Notes under the pieces: generated by a model
The model's database searches: none
What the model was told of the DNA's origin: nothing
What the model saw: the letters and a program-made list of their open reading frames with translations, nothing else
Position numbers and translations under genes: made by a program
Assembly (NCBI GenBank): GCA_963709585.1
Contig: CAVPXI010000007.1
Location: forward strand, 32,001-96,000
DNA: 64,000 nt
Source of the DNA: Candidatus Dormiibacterota bacterium
GTDB taxonomy: Bacteria > Chloroflexota > Dormibacteria > Aeolococcales > Aeolococcaceae
Reading direction: 5' to 3'
In this document: piece by piece, positions 19,210-30,472 of the stretch
Numbering within the stretch: the stretch's first letter is position 1
How the letters are laid out: every line of letters begins with the position of its first letter

Positions 19210-21886
19210 GTGACCGCCAAGCAGCGCGCGGACGATGCCAGGGTCGACCCGGAGAACCGGCCCGCGGCGAGTGCCGGCAGCGTCGCGCCCATCTGGGTCC
19301 TGAATGTCGTCATGACGCTGGTGGTGGCCATCGTCTACGTGCTGGCGGTCGCGCCGTTGCACCAGGAGGGCGGAACGACGCTCCTTTCGATCGCTCTGTT
19401 GGTGGTGGCGTTTGCCGCCGGCGAGTGGTGGCGGGTGTACATCCACTTCCGTCGCGAGTCTCAGTCGTTCTCGCTGAGCGAGATCCCGCTGGTGATCGGC
19501 GTGTTCGTGCTCGCGGGCAATCCAGGGCAGCTGGTGCTCGCGCGGGTGCTCGGCGCCGCGATCGGGCTGGGTGTGCTCCGCCGCCAGGAGCCGATGAAGC
19601 TGATCTTCAATCTCGCGAGCTTCGCGCTCGAGACTGAGACGGTCACGCTCCTCGTCCATCACATCTCCGGGACCAATCCCACCAGCCCGCCCGTGTGGCT
19701 GTGGCTGCTGCTTTTCATGTCGATCGCTTCACTGGTCGGATTCGGGCTGACAACCGTCGCGATCTCGCTCGCCGCGGGATGGCAGTCACACCGGCAGTGG
19801 TTCCAGCCGATCGTGATCCTGCTGATCGGCGGATTCGCCAACTCCAGCCTCGGGTTGGTTGTCGTCGCGCTGTATAACGCCGACCCCAGGACACTATGGC
19901 TGCTGCTCACCCCGCTCGCGGCGATCGGCGCTTCGTACGTTCTCTACACGCGCGAACACGAGAAGAACCAGCGTCTCAAGAACCTTTACGAATCGAGCGA
20001 CATGCTCCAACGCGCCAGCTCGGACGGCGCGGCGGTTCCCGAATTGCTCGACCATCTCTGCAAGGTCTTCCGGGCTGAAGTCGCCGTAGTGTCGTTGCTG
20101 CCGGCGGCGACGGGAACCAACTCGTGGCGCACGATCAGCACGTCGCGCGGCGCCCGCGACAATGTCGACACCCCGCTGGACGTTGAGCACCTGGAGCGGC
20201 TGCTGCCGCTTCTCCATGAGACCAAGTCCGCGGCCGTCGACCCCGGGAGTCAGGTGGTTCAGCGAGGTCTCATCGCCACGCCTTCCACGTCGAACCGCGA
20301 GCTGCGCGAGTGGTTGAGCGAGCAGGGGTTCAGGGATGCGATGGCGACGCTCCTGCAGGGCGAAGGCATGCTCCTCGGGACCTTGATCGTCGCCAACCGG
20401 TTGACCGACGGGAGCCCGTTCGACAGCGACGATCTCCATCACTTCGATGCCTCGGCGGCGCAGATCACGGTTGCCGTCGAGAACACGCGCCTCGGCCACC
20501 GCCTTCGCCGGCAGGCGTTTCACGACACCCTCACCGGCCTCGCCAACCGCGCGCTCTTCATGGACCGGCTCGAGCACGCACTCACGCGCCGCGAGCGCCA
20601 CGACGAGTCATTGGGGGTGCTGTTCGTCGACCTCGACGACTTCAAGGAGATCAACGACAGCCTCGGACACATGGCCGGCGACGAGCTGCTCACCAAGGTG
20701 GCGGATCGCCTGAAGCTGGTGCTCCGCGCGTCCGACACTCCGGCTCGCTTCGGCGGCGACGAGTTCGCGATCCTCGTCGAGGAAACCGCGGATCCCGAGG
20801 ACATCATGCGGGTCGCCGAGCGCGTGATGTCCGTCTTCACGCCACGATTCGTTGTCGCCGGGCGCGAAGTCACGATCAGCGCCTCTGTGGGAGTCGCCGT
20901 GACCGCGTCTCGCGACGTCACCGCGGAGGAGCTCGTGGGTCGCGCGGACGTCGCGATGTATCGCGGCAAGCTCAAGGGGAAGGACACCTACGAGGTCTTC
21001 GAACCGGGCATGCAGGACGTCGTCGCGCGTCGCCTCGAGGTACGCACCGACCTGGAGCGCGCCATCGATCGACACGAGCTCGTGGTCCTGTACCAGCCGA
21101 TCGTGGACATCACCAACAGCACCCCGGTCGGCGTCGAAGCGCTGGTTCGCTGGAAGCATCCTCGCTGGGGCATGGTCGTGCCCTCGGAATTCATCGGCAT
21201 CGCCGAAGAGACCGGCATGATCCGCGAGCTCGGCCTGCACGTGCTCGAGGAGGCGTGCAGGCAGTTGCAGGCGTGGCAGACCGAGATCGATGAGCCCGCG
21301 TTCACGGTGAGCGTCAACGTTTCTCGCCGGCAGTTGCGTGACCCGACCTTCGTCAGCGATGTTTCGCGCATCCTGACCAAGGCGGGACTTCCCGCCCTCG
21401 CATCTCGCGCTCGAGATCACCGAGAGCTTCATGGTCGACGATCCCGAGAGCGCGCGCGTGTGCCTGCGTGAGTTGAAGGCGCTCGGTGTTCGGATCTCGA
21501 TGGACGACTTCGGCACCGGGTATTCATCGCTGGCATCGCTCCAGGACCTGCCGCTCGACATCCTCAAGATCGACAAGCTGTTCATCGACCATGTCGCCGA
21601 GGATCCGCGCCGGACGGCGTTCGCCCAGGCGATCATCCGGATGGGGAAGACGCTCGGGCTCGGGTTGATCGCCGAGGGCGTGGAGACCGCCGCTCAGGCC
21701 GAGCGGCTCCAGAGCCTCGGCTGCCGGCTCGCCCAGGGCTTCTACTTCTCGAGGCCGGTGCCCGCCGAAGAGATCCTGCGAATGCTGCGCACGTCACATG
21801 CGATGCGCGTCGCCGGAGGCAGATGGCCCGAGGCCGAACCGGCGGAGCGGCGTGCACGGCTCCGGGTGCTCGAGCAGAGCGCTTAG
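19210..21886 (+). CDS. Membrane GAF-GGDEF-EAL protein (apparent frameshift near 21395)
   Basis: N-terminal TMs, RFGGDEF and EAL; DDFGTGYSS and AEGVE lie in the overlapping ORF 21431-21886; extra C in a GCCCTCG run. Confidence 0.85.
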
Positions 21887-22846
21887 AAGATCGCGTCGAT
21901 GCGCTTGAGGACCTCGGGGGTGAGGCGATCGAGGACGTCGAGCGCGCCGAGATTCTCGCGGACCTGTTCGACGCAACTCGCGCCGGTGATCACCGTCGAG
22001 ACATGCGGGTTGGATGCGCACCACGCGATCGCGAGCTGCGCGAGGCTGACCCCGAGCTCGCCGGCAATCGCACCGAGCTCACGCACACGCCGGTTGGCAT
22101 CGGCGTCGGTGACATCGGCCTGGAGCCATCCGTACCCGCGGAGTGCGGCGCGGCTTCCAGGCGGGATCCCGTCCTTGTACTTGCCGGTGAGCAGGCCCGA
22201 GGCCAGCGGGCTCCAGGTCGTCAGGCCGAGACCGATCCGGTCGTAGAGCGGAGCGAACTCGTTCTCGACCTTGTCCCGCTCGAAGAGGTTGTACTGCGGC
22301 TGCTCCATCACCGGCTTGTGGAGGTGGTGGCGCTCGGCGATGTCCCACGCCTCGGTGATCGCCGCAGCACTCCATTCGGACGTCCCCCAGTACAGCGCGC
22401 GACCGGAGGTGATGATCTCGTGCATCACGCGCACCGTCTCCTCGATCGGGGTCTCGGGATCGGCGCGGTGGCAGAAGATCAGGTCGAGGAAATCCAGGCC
22501 GAGGCGGCGCAGCGACCCGTCGACCGCATGGAGCAGGTATTTGCGGTTGAGGGTGTTCCTCGTGTTGACCGAGTTCCTCGATGCCCCAGAAGAACTTGCT
22601 CGAGATGACAAACGTGTGCCGGGGCCAGCCGAGCTCCGCGATCGCTTCGCCCATGATCAACTCCGATCGCCCCCCGGAGTAGACCTCGGCGTTGTCGAAG
22701 AAGTTGACGCCGGCATCGTAGGCGGCGGCCAGGCAGTCGCGCGCGCTCCCCCCGGCGAGCTGGGGACCGAAGCTCACCCACGAGCCGAACGACAGGGCGC
22801 TCACCTTGAGCCCTGAGCGCCCGAGGCGTCGATACTGCATTTCCAT
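21883..22846 (-). CDS. Aldo/keto reductase, Kv-beta-like (apparent frameshift near 22573)
   Basis: [26 protein letters not shown] and QPQYN split across two ORFs; joined at GAGTTC 22571-22576. Confidence 0.85.
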
Positions 22847-22897
22847 GACGAGCGAGCATAGATGCCGGGGGAGGAGTCACGGGCGGGCTCGCCGGCG

Positions 22898-23305
22898 ATG
22901 AGTCAGATCGACGCGCTCACCGGTTGGATCGCCGCCGGACTCTTCGGTGTGGCCGTCGCATCGTCGCTCGTGAACCGGTGGCGGCTCTCCGAAGGGCGCA
23001 GTTTCTCCATGGGCTGGTTCCGCGCCCACAACTGGCTCGGCGCGGTGGCGGCCGTCGCCGGCATCGCCCATTGCCTGTCCTCGGTGACCAGGTCGACGCT
23101 GCCCGCCGGTGAGGAGGTCGGCATCTGGGCCGGCGCCGCCGCGGTCGGCCTGCTCGTCCTGACCGCCTTCGCGGGCAGCGGCCTCTCCGGCGCGAAGCGC
23201 GACGCGCGCCGCCGGATCCGGCGCAACCACGTCGCTACCATGTTCGCGGTGCTGGCGGTGGGCGCCGTGCACACCGCGCTCAACGGACCGCTCGGCGCGA
23301 GATGA
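22898..23305 (+). CDS. Hypothetical 4-TM protein with conserved-looking His residues
   Basis: HNWLG, IAH, NHV and VH in four helices; cytochrome b-like pattern; start uncertain. Confidence 0.5.
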   Translation: MSQIDALTGWIAAGLFGVAVASSLVNRWRLSEGRSFSMGWFRAHNWLGAVAAVAGIAHCLSSVTRSTLPAGEEVGIWAGAAAVGLLVLTAFAGSGLSGAKRDARRRIRRNHVATMFAVLAVGAVHTALNGPLGAR

Positions 23306-23399
23306 CAGACGCCGGACGCGCGGGACTCTGGCAATATGAACCTCCGCATCCGCGGGCTTGTGACAGGAACTCGACGCGCGATCGTGGGAGGCATGCCTG

Positions 23400-25121
23400 A
23401 TGACCGAGACGACTGAGGCTGCGCCCCCTTCCGGGGCACCAGCCTCGCCCGTGCCGTCCGTTCCCGTGGCGAGCGACCTCGACCCGCGCCGCTGGCTCGC
23501 ACTCGGAAGCGTGATGACCGCGCTGTTCATGGTGTTGCTCGACGTCTCCATCGTGAACGTGGCGGTCCCGGCGATCCGCTCCAATCTTGGAGCGAACAAT
23601 GCCGACATCCAGTTCGTCATCGCCGGCTACGGGCTCGCCTATGCGGTGCTGCTGATCACGGGTGGCCGACTTGGTGACATCTTTGGCAGAAAGAAGTTGT
23701 TCATCATCGGGATGTCGGGGTTCGTGGCCGCCTCTGCACTGTGCGGTCTCGCCCAGAGCGCGATCATGCTCGACCTCTCACGGGTGCTCCAGGGAGCCAT
23801 GGCGGCGATGATGTATCCGCAGGTGCTCTCGGTGATTCAGGTGAGCTTTCCACCCCGTGAGCGTGCCCGGGTGTTCGGCTTCGTCGGCGCGGTGATCGGG
23901 ATCGCCACCATCACCGGACCGCTCGCCGGTGGACTGATCATCCGCAACGACATCACCGGCGGCTCGTGGCGGTGGATCTTCCTCGTGAACCTGCCGATCG
24001 GTATCGCCGCGCTCATCGCCGCGACCCGGCTGGTCAGCGAGTCGCGCGCGCCCAACGCCACGCGTCTCGACGTGGGCGGCGTGTTGCTGTCGACCGCCGG
24101 AATCCTGCTGCTCGTCTACCCGCTCGTCGAGGGGCAGGTGGCTGGATGGCCGCTATGGACGTTCATCTGCATGGCCATCAGCCCGGTGATGCTGGTGCTC
24201 TTCATCCTGTACGAGCGATCGCTGCCCTCGACGAGGTTCCCTCTCGTCCAGCTCTCACTGTTTCGCATCAGGTCGTTCAGCGTCGGAGTGGCGATCTCCG
24301 CCGTGTTCATCGCGGGTATTCCAGCGTTCTTCTTCACCTTCAGCCTGATGGTCCAGGTCGGGCTGGGATTCAGCGCGCTCAACGCCGGCTTGACGACGAT
24401 CCCCTGGAGCCTCGCCTCGGCGTTCGCCTCCGCAATGTCCACGCGGGTCGCGCCGCGTCTCGGCAAGTGGACGATCGCGATCGGTTCGGCGCTCCTGGTG
24501 ATCGGAATCCTCGGTGTCATCGTCACGCTCAACCTCCAGGGCACGAATGTCACCGGGTGGGACCTGATCCCCTCGTTCCTGGTCAGCGGGCTTGGCCTGG
24601 GCACGGTGATCGCCCCCTTGCTCAACATCATCCTGGCCGGCGTCCCGGCCAGGGATGCCGGGTCGGCCTCGGGTGTGCTCACGACCTTCCAGCAGCTCGG
24701 CGGCGCCATCGGCGTCGCGGTCGTGGGCGTGGTGTTCTTCGGCCTGCTCTCGAGCCGCGCGACGGATGCCGTCGCCACGGTCACCCCGCAACTCCACTCG
24801 CAGCTCGCGGCCGCGCAACTGCCGGCGCCTGTGGCGGACGCCGCCATCTCGAAGTTCACGACCTGCTTCGAGGAGCAGGCCTCCTCGAGTGATCCGTCGG
24901 CGCCGGTCCCCGGCTGTGCAAGCGCGCCCACCACCAAGGCTGTGAGCACCGCATTCGCGACCGCCGCGCAGCGTGCCCTCGGACTCGACTTCGTCACAAC
25001 GGTCGAGCGCATCCTCTACTTCAACGTCGGCTTCTGGGCACTCACCGGCTTGCTCTCGATGCTGCTGCCACGAACGCGTCCGCAGCCGGCCGCCGGAGCC
25101 GCAGCCGCTCACGCCGCCTGA
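23400..25121 (+). CDS. MFS drug:H+ antiporter (DHA2, 14 TM)
   Basis: LDVSIVNVA, GRLGDIFGRK and WRWIFLVNLPIG. Confidence 0.92.
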   Translation: MTETTEAAPPSGAPASPVPSVPVASDLDPRRWLALGSVMTALFMVLLDVSIVNVAVPAIRSNLGANNADIQFVIAGYGLAYAVLLITGGRLGDIFGRKKLFIIGMSGFVAASALCGLAQSAIMLDLSRVLQGAMAAMMYPQVLSVIQVSFPPRERARVFGFVGAVIGIATITGPLAGGLIIRNDITGGSWRWIFLVNLPIGIAALIAATRLVSESRAPNATRLDVGGVLLSTAGILLLVYPLVEGQVAGWPLWTFICMAISPVMLVLFILYERSLPSTRFPLVQLSLFRIRSFSVGVAISAVFIAGIPAFFFTFSLMVQVGLGFSALNAGLTTIPWSLASAFASAMSTRVAPRLGKWTIAIGSALLVIGILGVIVTLNLQGTNVTGWDLIPSFLVSGLGLGTVIAPLLNIILAGVPARDAGSASGVLTTFQQLGGAIGVAVVGVVFFGLLSSRATDAVATVTPQLHSQLAAAQLPAPVADAAISKFTTCFEEQASSSDPSAPVPGCASAPTTKAVSTAFATAAQRALGLDFVTTVERILYFNVGFWALTGLLSMLLPRTRPQPAAGAAAAHAA

Positions 25122-25161
25122 CCTGGCGACCGGCTCCCGAGTAACTCGAGACGTGCCGGTG

Positions 25162-25749
25162 ATGCCGGACCTCGTCGCCGCCGACGGCGACCTGGTGATA
25201 CGCCCGCTGCAGGATCGCGGCGGCGACTACGAACAACTCGCGGCGTGGAGGAACAGCGCGTACGTCAAAGAGTGGTGGGACCCCGACGATCCGCCGGTGA
25301 CGCCGGCGCTGGTCGCGGCCGAGCTCGGCCCCGGCCGCGCAGACGACCTGACAACCTCGTGCATCATCGAGCTCGCCGGGGAGCCGGTCGGCTTCATCCA
25401 GTTCTACCCGTGGGACGCCGAGCTCGCATATCTCGCGGAGGTCGGGTTGAGCATGCCGGAGGGGTCGTGGGGGCTGGACATCTTCATCGGCGAGAGCGCG
25501 CTCGCCGGCAAGGGGATCGGGTCACGGACCGTGAGGCTCCTCTCCGACCACCTGTTCGCCGATCGGGGGGCGACCGCGGTGGCGCTCATCACCGAAGCCG
25601 GCAACGCCCGCGCCCAGGCTGCGTACGTCCGCGGGGGAATGCGCGTGTCCGGGGCGCCGTTTCGTGACACCGACACACGTGCTGGTCAGCGGGTCGAGTC
25701 GATCCTCATGATCCGCGACCGGCCCGGCGGAACAGCTGGCGGGCGATGA
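25162..25749 (+). CDS. GNAT acetyltransferase (AAC(6')-Ib/Acetyltransf_8-like)
   Basis: VKEWWD, PVGFIQ, GLDIFIGE, GKGIG and NARAQAAY. Confidence 0.8.
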   Translation: MPDLVAADGDLVIRPLQDRGGDYEQLAAWRNSAYVKEWWDPDDPPVTPALVAAELGPGRADDLTTSCIIELAGEPVGFIQFYPWDAELAYLAEVGLSMPEGSWGLDIFIGESALAGKGIGSRTVRLLSDHLFADRGATAVALITEAGNARAQAAYVRGGMRVSGAPFRDTDTRAGQRVESILMIRDRPGGTAGGR

Positions 25750-26851
25750 TCTCGCGCTGCACCTCCGAAGCGCCCTCGTAGATCCGGGTGCCGCGGACGT
25801 CGCGGTAGAGGTGTTCGAGGAGGTGTCCGCGCTCGAGTGCCCTGGCGCCGTGCACCTGGATGGCCACGTCGACAGCGAGCATCGCGGTCTCGGTGGCGAA
25901 GAGCTTCGCCATCGCCGCGGCCTCGGTGTTGGGGCTGATGCCGGCGTCGTGCGCGGCGGCGGCCGAATGGACGAGCAGCCGCGACGCCTGGACCCGGGTC
26001 GCGACATCGGCGAGCTGATGGCTGACTCCCTGAAGGGCGGACAGCGGCTTACCGAACGCCTGGCGCCCGGCAGCATGCGTGACCGCGGCGTCGAGCGCCG
26101 CCTGGGCCATGCCGACGGCGCAGGCACCGACGCTCGGGCGGAACAGGTCGAGGGTGCGCATCGCGACCCCGAAGCCGTGATCGACCTCCCCGAGGACGTG
26201 CCCTGCAGGCACCGGGACGCCGTCGAATCGAAGCCGGCCGATGGGATGGTCGGCGACAAACGGGATCGACTCCCCGGACAAGCCTGGGCTCTCCCGAGGG
26301 ACCGCGAACGCAGTGATGCCCCTGGCGCCCGCGCCCGCCGTGGTGCGCGCGAACACGGTGTAGATATCGGCGTCGGGGGCGTTGGAGATGAAGACCTTGT
26401 CTCCGCTCAGCCGGAATCCAGCGCCGTCGGGTTCGGCGGCGAGCGCGATCGCGGCAACGTCGGATCCGGCGTCGGGCTCGGTCAGCGCGAACGCGGCGAC
26501 GGCCTCGCCGCTGGAGACCCTGGGGATCCAGCGGTCGACGACCTCGGCGCGGCCCGCTGCCAGGATGGGATGGGCGCCCAGTCCCTGGAGCGCGAAGGCG
26601 GTCTCGGACTCGGTTGAGTAGCGCGCCAGGCCCTCGCGGACGAGGCACAGGGTGAGCGCCGGGACCTCACGACCTGGGCGGAGCACCTCGGGCACGAGCC
26701 CGTGCGTGGAGAGCGCGGCAATCAGCTCACGATTGACCCTTCCCGGTTCGCCACTCTGCGCGATCGGCGCCAGGATGTCTCGCGCTAGTGTCTCGGTCCG
26801 CGCCAGGAGGTCGCGATGAGCCTCGCTCAGATGCGCATAGGTGGCGCTCAG
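25706..26851 (-). CDS. Acyl-CoA dehydrogenase
   Basis: AFALTEPDAGSD, GDKVFISNA, RQAFG and RIYEGASEVQ; start uncertain (CTG overlapping the ridA stop). Confidence 0.88.
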   Translation of the reverse strand: MSATYAHLSEAHRDLLARTETLARDILAPIAQSGEPGRVNRELIAALSTHGLVPEVLRPGREVPALTLCLVREGLARYSTESETAFALQGLGAHPILAAGRAEVVDRWIPRVSSGEAVAAFALTEPDAGSDVAAIALAAEPDGAGFRLSGDKVFISNAPDADIYTVFARTTAGAGARGITAFAVPRESPGLSGESIPFVADHPIGRLRFDGVPVPAGHVLGEVDHGFGVAMRTLDLFRPSVGACAVGMAQAALDAAVTHAAGRQAFGKPLSALQGVSHQLADVATRVQASRLLVHSAAAAHDAGISPNTEAAAMAKLFATETAMLAVDVAIQVHGARALERGHLLEHLYRDVRGTRIYEGASEVQREIIARQLFRRAGRGS

Positions 26852-27255
26852 GGGATGACCGCCACACCGACTAGCTCGACCAGGGCACTCGGGTCGAACA
26901 GCCCGGTCACCCCGAGCACCGCCATCGCCGGATACCGGCGGCCGAAATGGGTCCGCCAGACGCTGCCCAGCTCGCGCAGTGACGCTCGGTACGCGGGGAG
27001 ATCGGTCACGTAGACCTGGATCGAGACCATGTCGTCCGGCTGCCCCCCGGCGGCATGGAGCGCAGCGACGAGGTTTCGCGCGGCGAGGTCGAACTGCTCG
27101 ACCATTGTCGCCCCGAAGATCGTCCCGTCCTGGGCCTGTGCGGTCTGCCCGCCCAGGTGGACGGTTCGTCCCGATGAGGCGATGACCGCGTGGGCATATC
27201 CCACCGGAACCGCCAGCTCTCGCGACGTGACGATCTCGTGCTCGTCGTGGGTCAT
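26848..27255 (-). CDS. RidA/YjgF family protein
   Basis: GYAHAV, GGQT, YPAMAVLGV and LVEL. Confidence 0.88.
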   Translation of the reverse strand: MTHDEHEIVTSRELAVPVGYAHAVIASSGRTVHLGGQTAQAQDGTIFGATMVEQFDLAARNLVAALHAAGGQPDDMVSIQVYVTDLPAYRASLRELGSVWRTHFGRRYPAMAVLGVTGLFDPSALVELVGVAVIP

Positions 27256-28079
27256 CTCCCCTCCCACACCGGCGGGCGCCCTTCGGTCCAGGCGCGATGG
27301 TACTCGGCATGATCGTGACTGCCCATGAGCAGCGCCTGGGTCATCGCGTCGAGCTCGAGGGAGCCGCCGAGACCCATGTCGAGCTCGCGGGTGAGCAACA
27401 CCTTGGTTGTTGAGTAGGCAAGGGCCGGGCCTTCGGCCAGCCGGCGCGCCACGGTCTGCGCCGCCTCTGCGAGTGCCTCGTCTTCGACAACCGCCGTGGC
27501 GAGACCGATCTCGAGCGCGCGCTCTGCGTCGACAGTGTCTCCGAGCAACAGCAGCTCGGTGGCGCGCCCGAACCCGATCACGCGGGGCAGCAGGTACGCC
27601 GAACCCATGTCGGCGCCGGCCAGGCCAACCCTGGTGAAGAGAAACGCGAACCGGGCTGATCGCGCCAGCAGACGAAGATCCGCGGCGAGCGCGATCACCG
27701 CTCCGGCGCCGGCGGCGACGCCGTTGACCGCGGCGATCACCGGGAGCGGACACTCGCGGAGCGCGCGGACGACGGATCCGGTCATCCGGGTGAACTCGAG
27801 GCGATCCCCCGCCTGCATCGACTGCAGCGCGCCGATGATCTCGACGACGTCGCCCCCCGAGCAGAATCCGCGCCCGCTGCCGGTGATCACCAGCACACGC
27901 GCGTCGCTGCGATGGGGCAGCTCGGCAAGCAGGTCGCGGAGATCGGCGTAGGCATCGAATGTCAGCGCCCCGAGCTTCTCCGGACGCGTCAGCGTGATCG
28001 TCGCCACGCCCCCGGAGACGTCGAGGTCGAAGTTCTGCCAGCGTTCCGTGAACCCGGCGGAAGCCCGGAATCGGGTCAA
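27252..28079 (-). CDS. Enoyl-CoA hydratase/isomerase family
   Basis: FCSGGDV, AAVNGVAAGAG and LAGADMG. Confidence 0.9.
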   Translation of the reverse strand: MTRFRASAGFTERWQNFDLDVSGGVATITLTRPEKLGALTFDAYADLRDLLAELPHRSDARVLVITGSGRGFCSGGDVVEIIGALQSMQAGDRLEFTRMTGSVVRALRECPLPVIAAVNGVAAGAGAVIALAADLRLLARSARFAFLFTRVGLAGADMGSAYLLPRVIGFGRATELLLLGDTVDAERALEIGLATAVVEDEALAEAAQTVARRLAEGPALAYSTTKVLLTRELDMGLGGSLELDAMTQALLMGSHDHAEYHRAWTEGRPPVWEGR

Positions 28080-29659
28080 CCCTGCCTACCTCCTGTACCG
28101 CCTGCCGGCGTGAGCCGGCGCAGCGCGCTTCGATCGATCTTGCCCGATCCGGTCCGCGGCAGTGCGTCGAGGAGACGGACCTCGCGCGGGACCTTGTGCG
28201 GTGCGAGCCGCTGTCGGACGAAATCCTGCAATTCTTCGGCGGTCGCCCCCGCGCCCGGCTTGAGCACAACCCACGCGCAGCCGCGCGTCAGGCCGTTGCG
28301 TTCGGCCGCGACCACCGCGCACTCGACGACGTCAGGGTGGGTGGCGAGGCACCGCTCGATCTCGGCCGGCGCCACCCAGATGCCACCCACCTTGAGCAGA
28401 TCGTCGGCCCGTCCTCGGTAGAGGAAGTACCCGCTGGGATCACGCTCCACAAGATCCTCGCTCATGACCAGGGAGCCTGCGAAGGTGCGCGCCGATGCCG
28501 TCTCGTCCTCCCAGTACATCAGCGACGCGCTCTCGCCGCGAACCCAGAGCCGCCCGATGTGCCCGTCCGGCAGCGGTTGGCCGTGGTCATCGACCACCTC
28601 AGCGGCATAGCCGGGAACCACTTCGCCGATCGACCCGGGGCGGACGCGCCCGGGTCGGTTCGAGATGTAGATGTGATAGGCCTCGGACGACCCGATCCCG
28701 TCGAGGACCTCGACGCCGAAGGCGTCGTCCCAGCGATGGTGCAGCGGTTCGGGGAGAGCCTCGCCCGCGGACGTGCACAGGCGAAGGCAGCTCAGGTCCT
28801 GGCCGGCCGCGCTCGGATGGTCGAGCATCGCCTGCATCATGGTGGGGACGTTGACGAGGATGGTCGGCCGGTGGCGCGCGATCAATTCGAAGATCAGCGC
28901 CGGGGTCGTCCGATCCGCGAAGATCACCCCAGTGGCGCCGACGCCGAACGGAAAGAGCGCCGCCAGGTCGCGCGCATAGCCGAAGAACAGCTTCGGGACC
29001 GGCAGGACGACGTCATCCGCACGGATGTCAAGAACGCCCCGGGCGTAGCCCTCATAGCTGGCGATCGGGCTCCGCGCCGTGTGCACGCACGCTTTCGGCC
29101 TGCCCGTGCTGCCGGTGGTGAACTTCCAGATCGCGATGTCGTCCCGCCCCGTCGGCTCCGCGTCAAGATGCGCCGGCTGGCGCGCGACCAGCGACTCGAA
29201 CGACACCTCACCATCGCGCAGCGCGGTATCCCGGGCGCCGACCACCAGCAGCGTCGGCCGCGCGCGGGTGGCGGTCGATGCTTCGCGGATCCGTTCGAGC
29301 GTGGCGCCGTCGACGACCACGACCGTGGCGTCCGTGTAGTCCAGGTAGTACGCGTAGTCCTTCGGCAGGAGGAACGTGTACACCTCCGCGGTGACGGCCC
29401 CGATCTTCTGGACCGCGTACCAGGTCGCCACGAACGCCGGTGAGTCTGCGAGCGCGAGGAGCACGCGCTGATGGGGTCGGACGCCGAGCTCGAGGAGCGC
29501 GTTGCCCACCCGGTTGGTGAGCTCCGCGAGCTCGGCGTACGTGGTCCTGCCCGCGGGTCCGACCAGCGCGGTGCGGCCGCCCCGCCCCTCATCGGCGTTG
29601 CGGTCCAGGAAGAGGGTCGCCAGGTTCAGACCGGGCTCGGTCACGCCCGCGGCGCTCAC
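28076..29659 (-). CDS. Benzoate/aminobenzoate-CoA ligase family
   Basis: FTTGSTGRPK, PKLFFGY, SAGEALP, DGIGSSE and KVGGIWV. Confidence 0.88.
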   Translation of the reverse strand: MSAAGVTEPGLNLATLFLDRNADEGRGGRTALVGPAGRTTYAELAELTNRVGNALLELGVRPHQRVLLALADSPAFVATWYAVQKIGAVTAEVYTFLLPKDYAYYLDYTDATVVVVDGATLERIREASTATRARPTLLVVGARDTALRDGEVSFESLVARQPAHLDAEPTGRDDIAIWKFTTGSTGRPKACVHTARSPIASYEGYARGVLDIRADDVVLPVPKLFFGYARDLAALFPFGVGATGVIFADRTTPALIFELIARHRPTILVNVPTMMQAMLDHPSAAGQDLSCLRLCTSAGEALPEPLHHRWDDAFGVEVLDGIGSSEAYHIYISNRPGRVRPGSIGEVVPGYAAEVVDDHGQPLPDGHIGRLWVRGESASLMYWEDETASARTFAGSLVMSEDLVERDPSGYFLYRGRADDLLKVGGIWVAPAEIERCLATHPDVVECAVVAAERNGLTRGCAWVVLKPGAGATAEELQDFVRQRLAPHKVPREVRLLDALPRTGSGKIDRSALRRLTPAGGTGGRQG

Positions 29660-30417
29660 GGCCCGGGCTTGGTCTCGACCTGTTCACGGATCAGGTCGAC
29701 CAGGAGACGCGTCAGCGTCGCCAGGGTCGCGTCACCCTCGGGAGCGGTCGCCTCGGCCGGGGCGCCGCAGTACGCCCGGTCCATGCCCATGGCGAGGAAG
29801 TCGGTGTGCCCTGCCGCCATCGCGGCGGGCATGTTCAGCTCGAATGCTGGCAGGCGGCGCATGATCTCGGCCTCGACCAGCTCGGGACGGGTCGCCAGCA
29901 CCAGAGAGGTCTCGTAGCGCCCGGCATGGGCCGCCCCGCTCTGGAACTCCGGGGTCAGGTGCTCCGCGACGGCGCGCCGGGTGAGATCGAGGAATCCCAC
30001 CCTGGCCTCCTCGGCTGCCCGCCGCAGGGTGGCGACGTGGGCGGGCTCGAAGTGGCTGTTGACGATCACGAGGTGAGCGAAGCCCTGGGCGCGCAACGAC
30101 GCGCAGACCTCGACAACCATCGCATTGAGGGTCCCTTCGCTGATCGTGACCGCGCCGGTGAACGCCGCCGCGTAGCGGGTCACACCGAAGGCGATCTCGG
30201 GGAGCACGAGCGCGCGCACCGCGCTGTCGCCGGAGAGCGCCACGGCCGCGCGCTCGCAGATTGCCGTCGAGATGATCGAATCGGTACCCAGTGGCGCGTG
30301 CGGGCCGTGCGGCTCCACCGCGCCGACGGGCAGGAGCAGCACGGGCGCCGGGCCGGCGTCGAGCAGGGCTCGCGCGCGCGGCGATGTCAGGTCGGCGAAA
30401 CGAATCGATGCAGGCAT
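29656..30417 (-). CDS. Creatininase/MftE family amidohydrolase
   Basis: PVGAVEPHGPHAPLGTD, NSH and HAGRYETS. Confidence 0.85.
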   Translation of the reverse strand: MPASIRFADLTSPRARALLDAGPAPVLLLPVGAVEPHGPHAPLGTDSIISTAICERAAVALSGDSAVRALVLPEIAFGVTRYAAAFTGAVTISEGTLNAMVVEVCASLRAQGFAHLVIVNSHFEPAHVATLRRAAEEARVGFLDLTRRAVAEHLTPEFQSGAAHAGRYETSLVLATRPELVEAEIMRRLPAFELNMPAAMAAGHTDFLAMGMDRAYCGAPAEATAPEGDATLATLTRLLVDLIREQVETKPGP

Positions 30418-30472
30418 GCTGAGGACGCCACATTCACGAGGTTGCACACTTTACAGTTGCGCCCAGACTCAC

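Noticed and set aside
16981-22846. TMEM175 K+ channel near a Kv-beta-like AKR as a channel/beta-subunit pair
   Set aside because: They are on opposite strands, about 4 kb apart, and both families are common.
25162-25749. GNAT as a true aminoglycoside resistance gene
   Set aside because: Only fold-level similarity and no mobile context.
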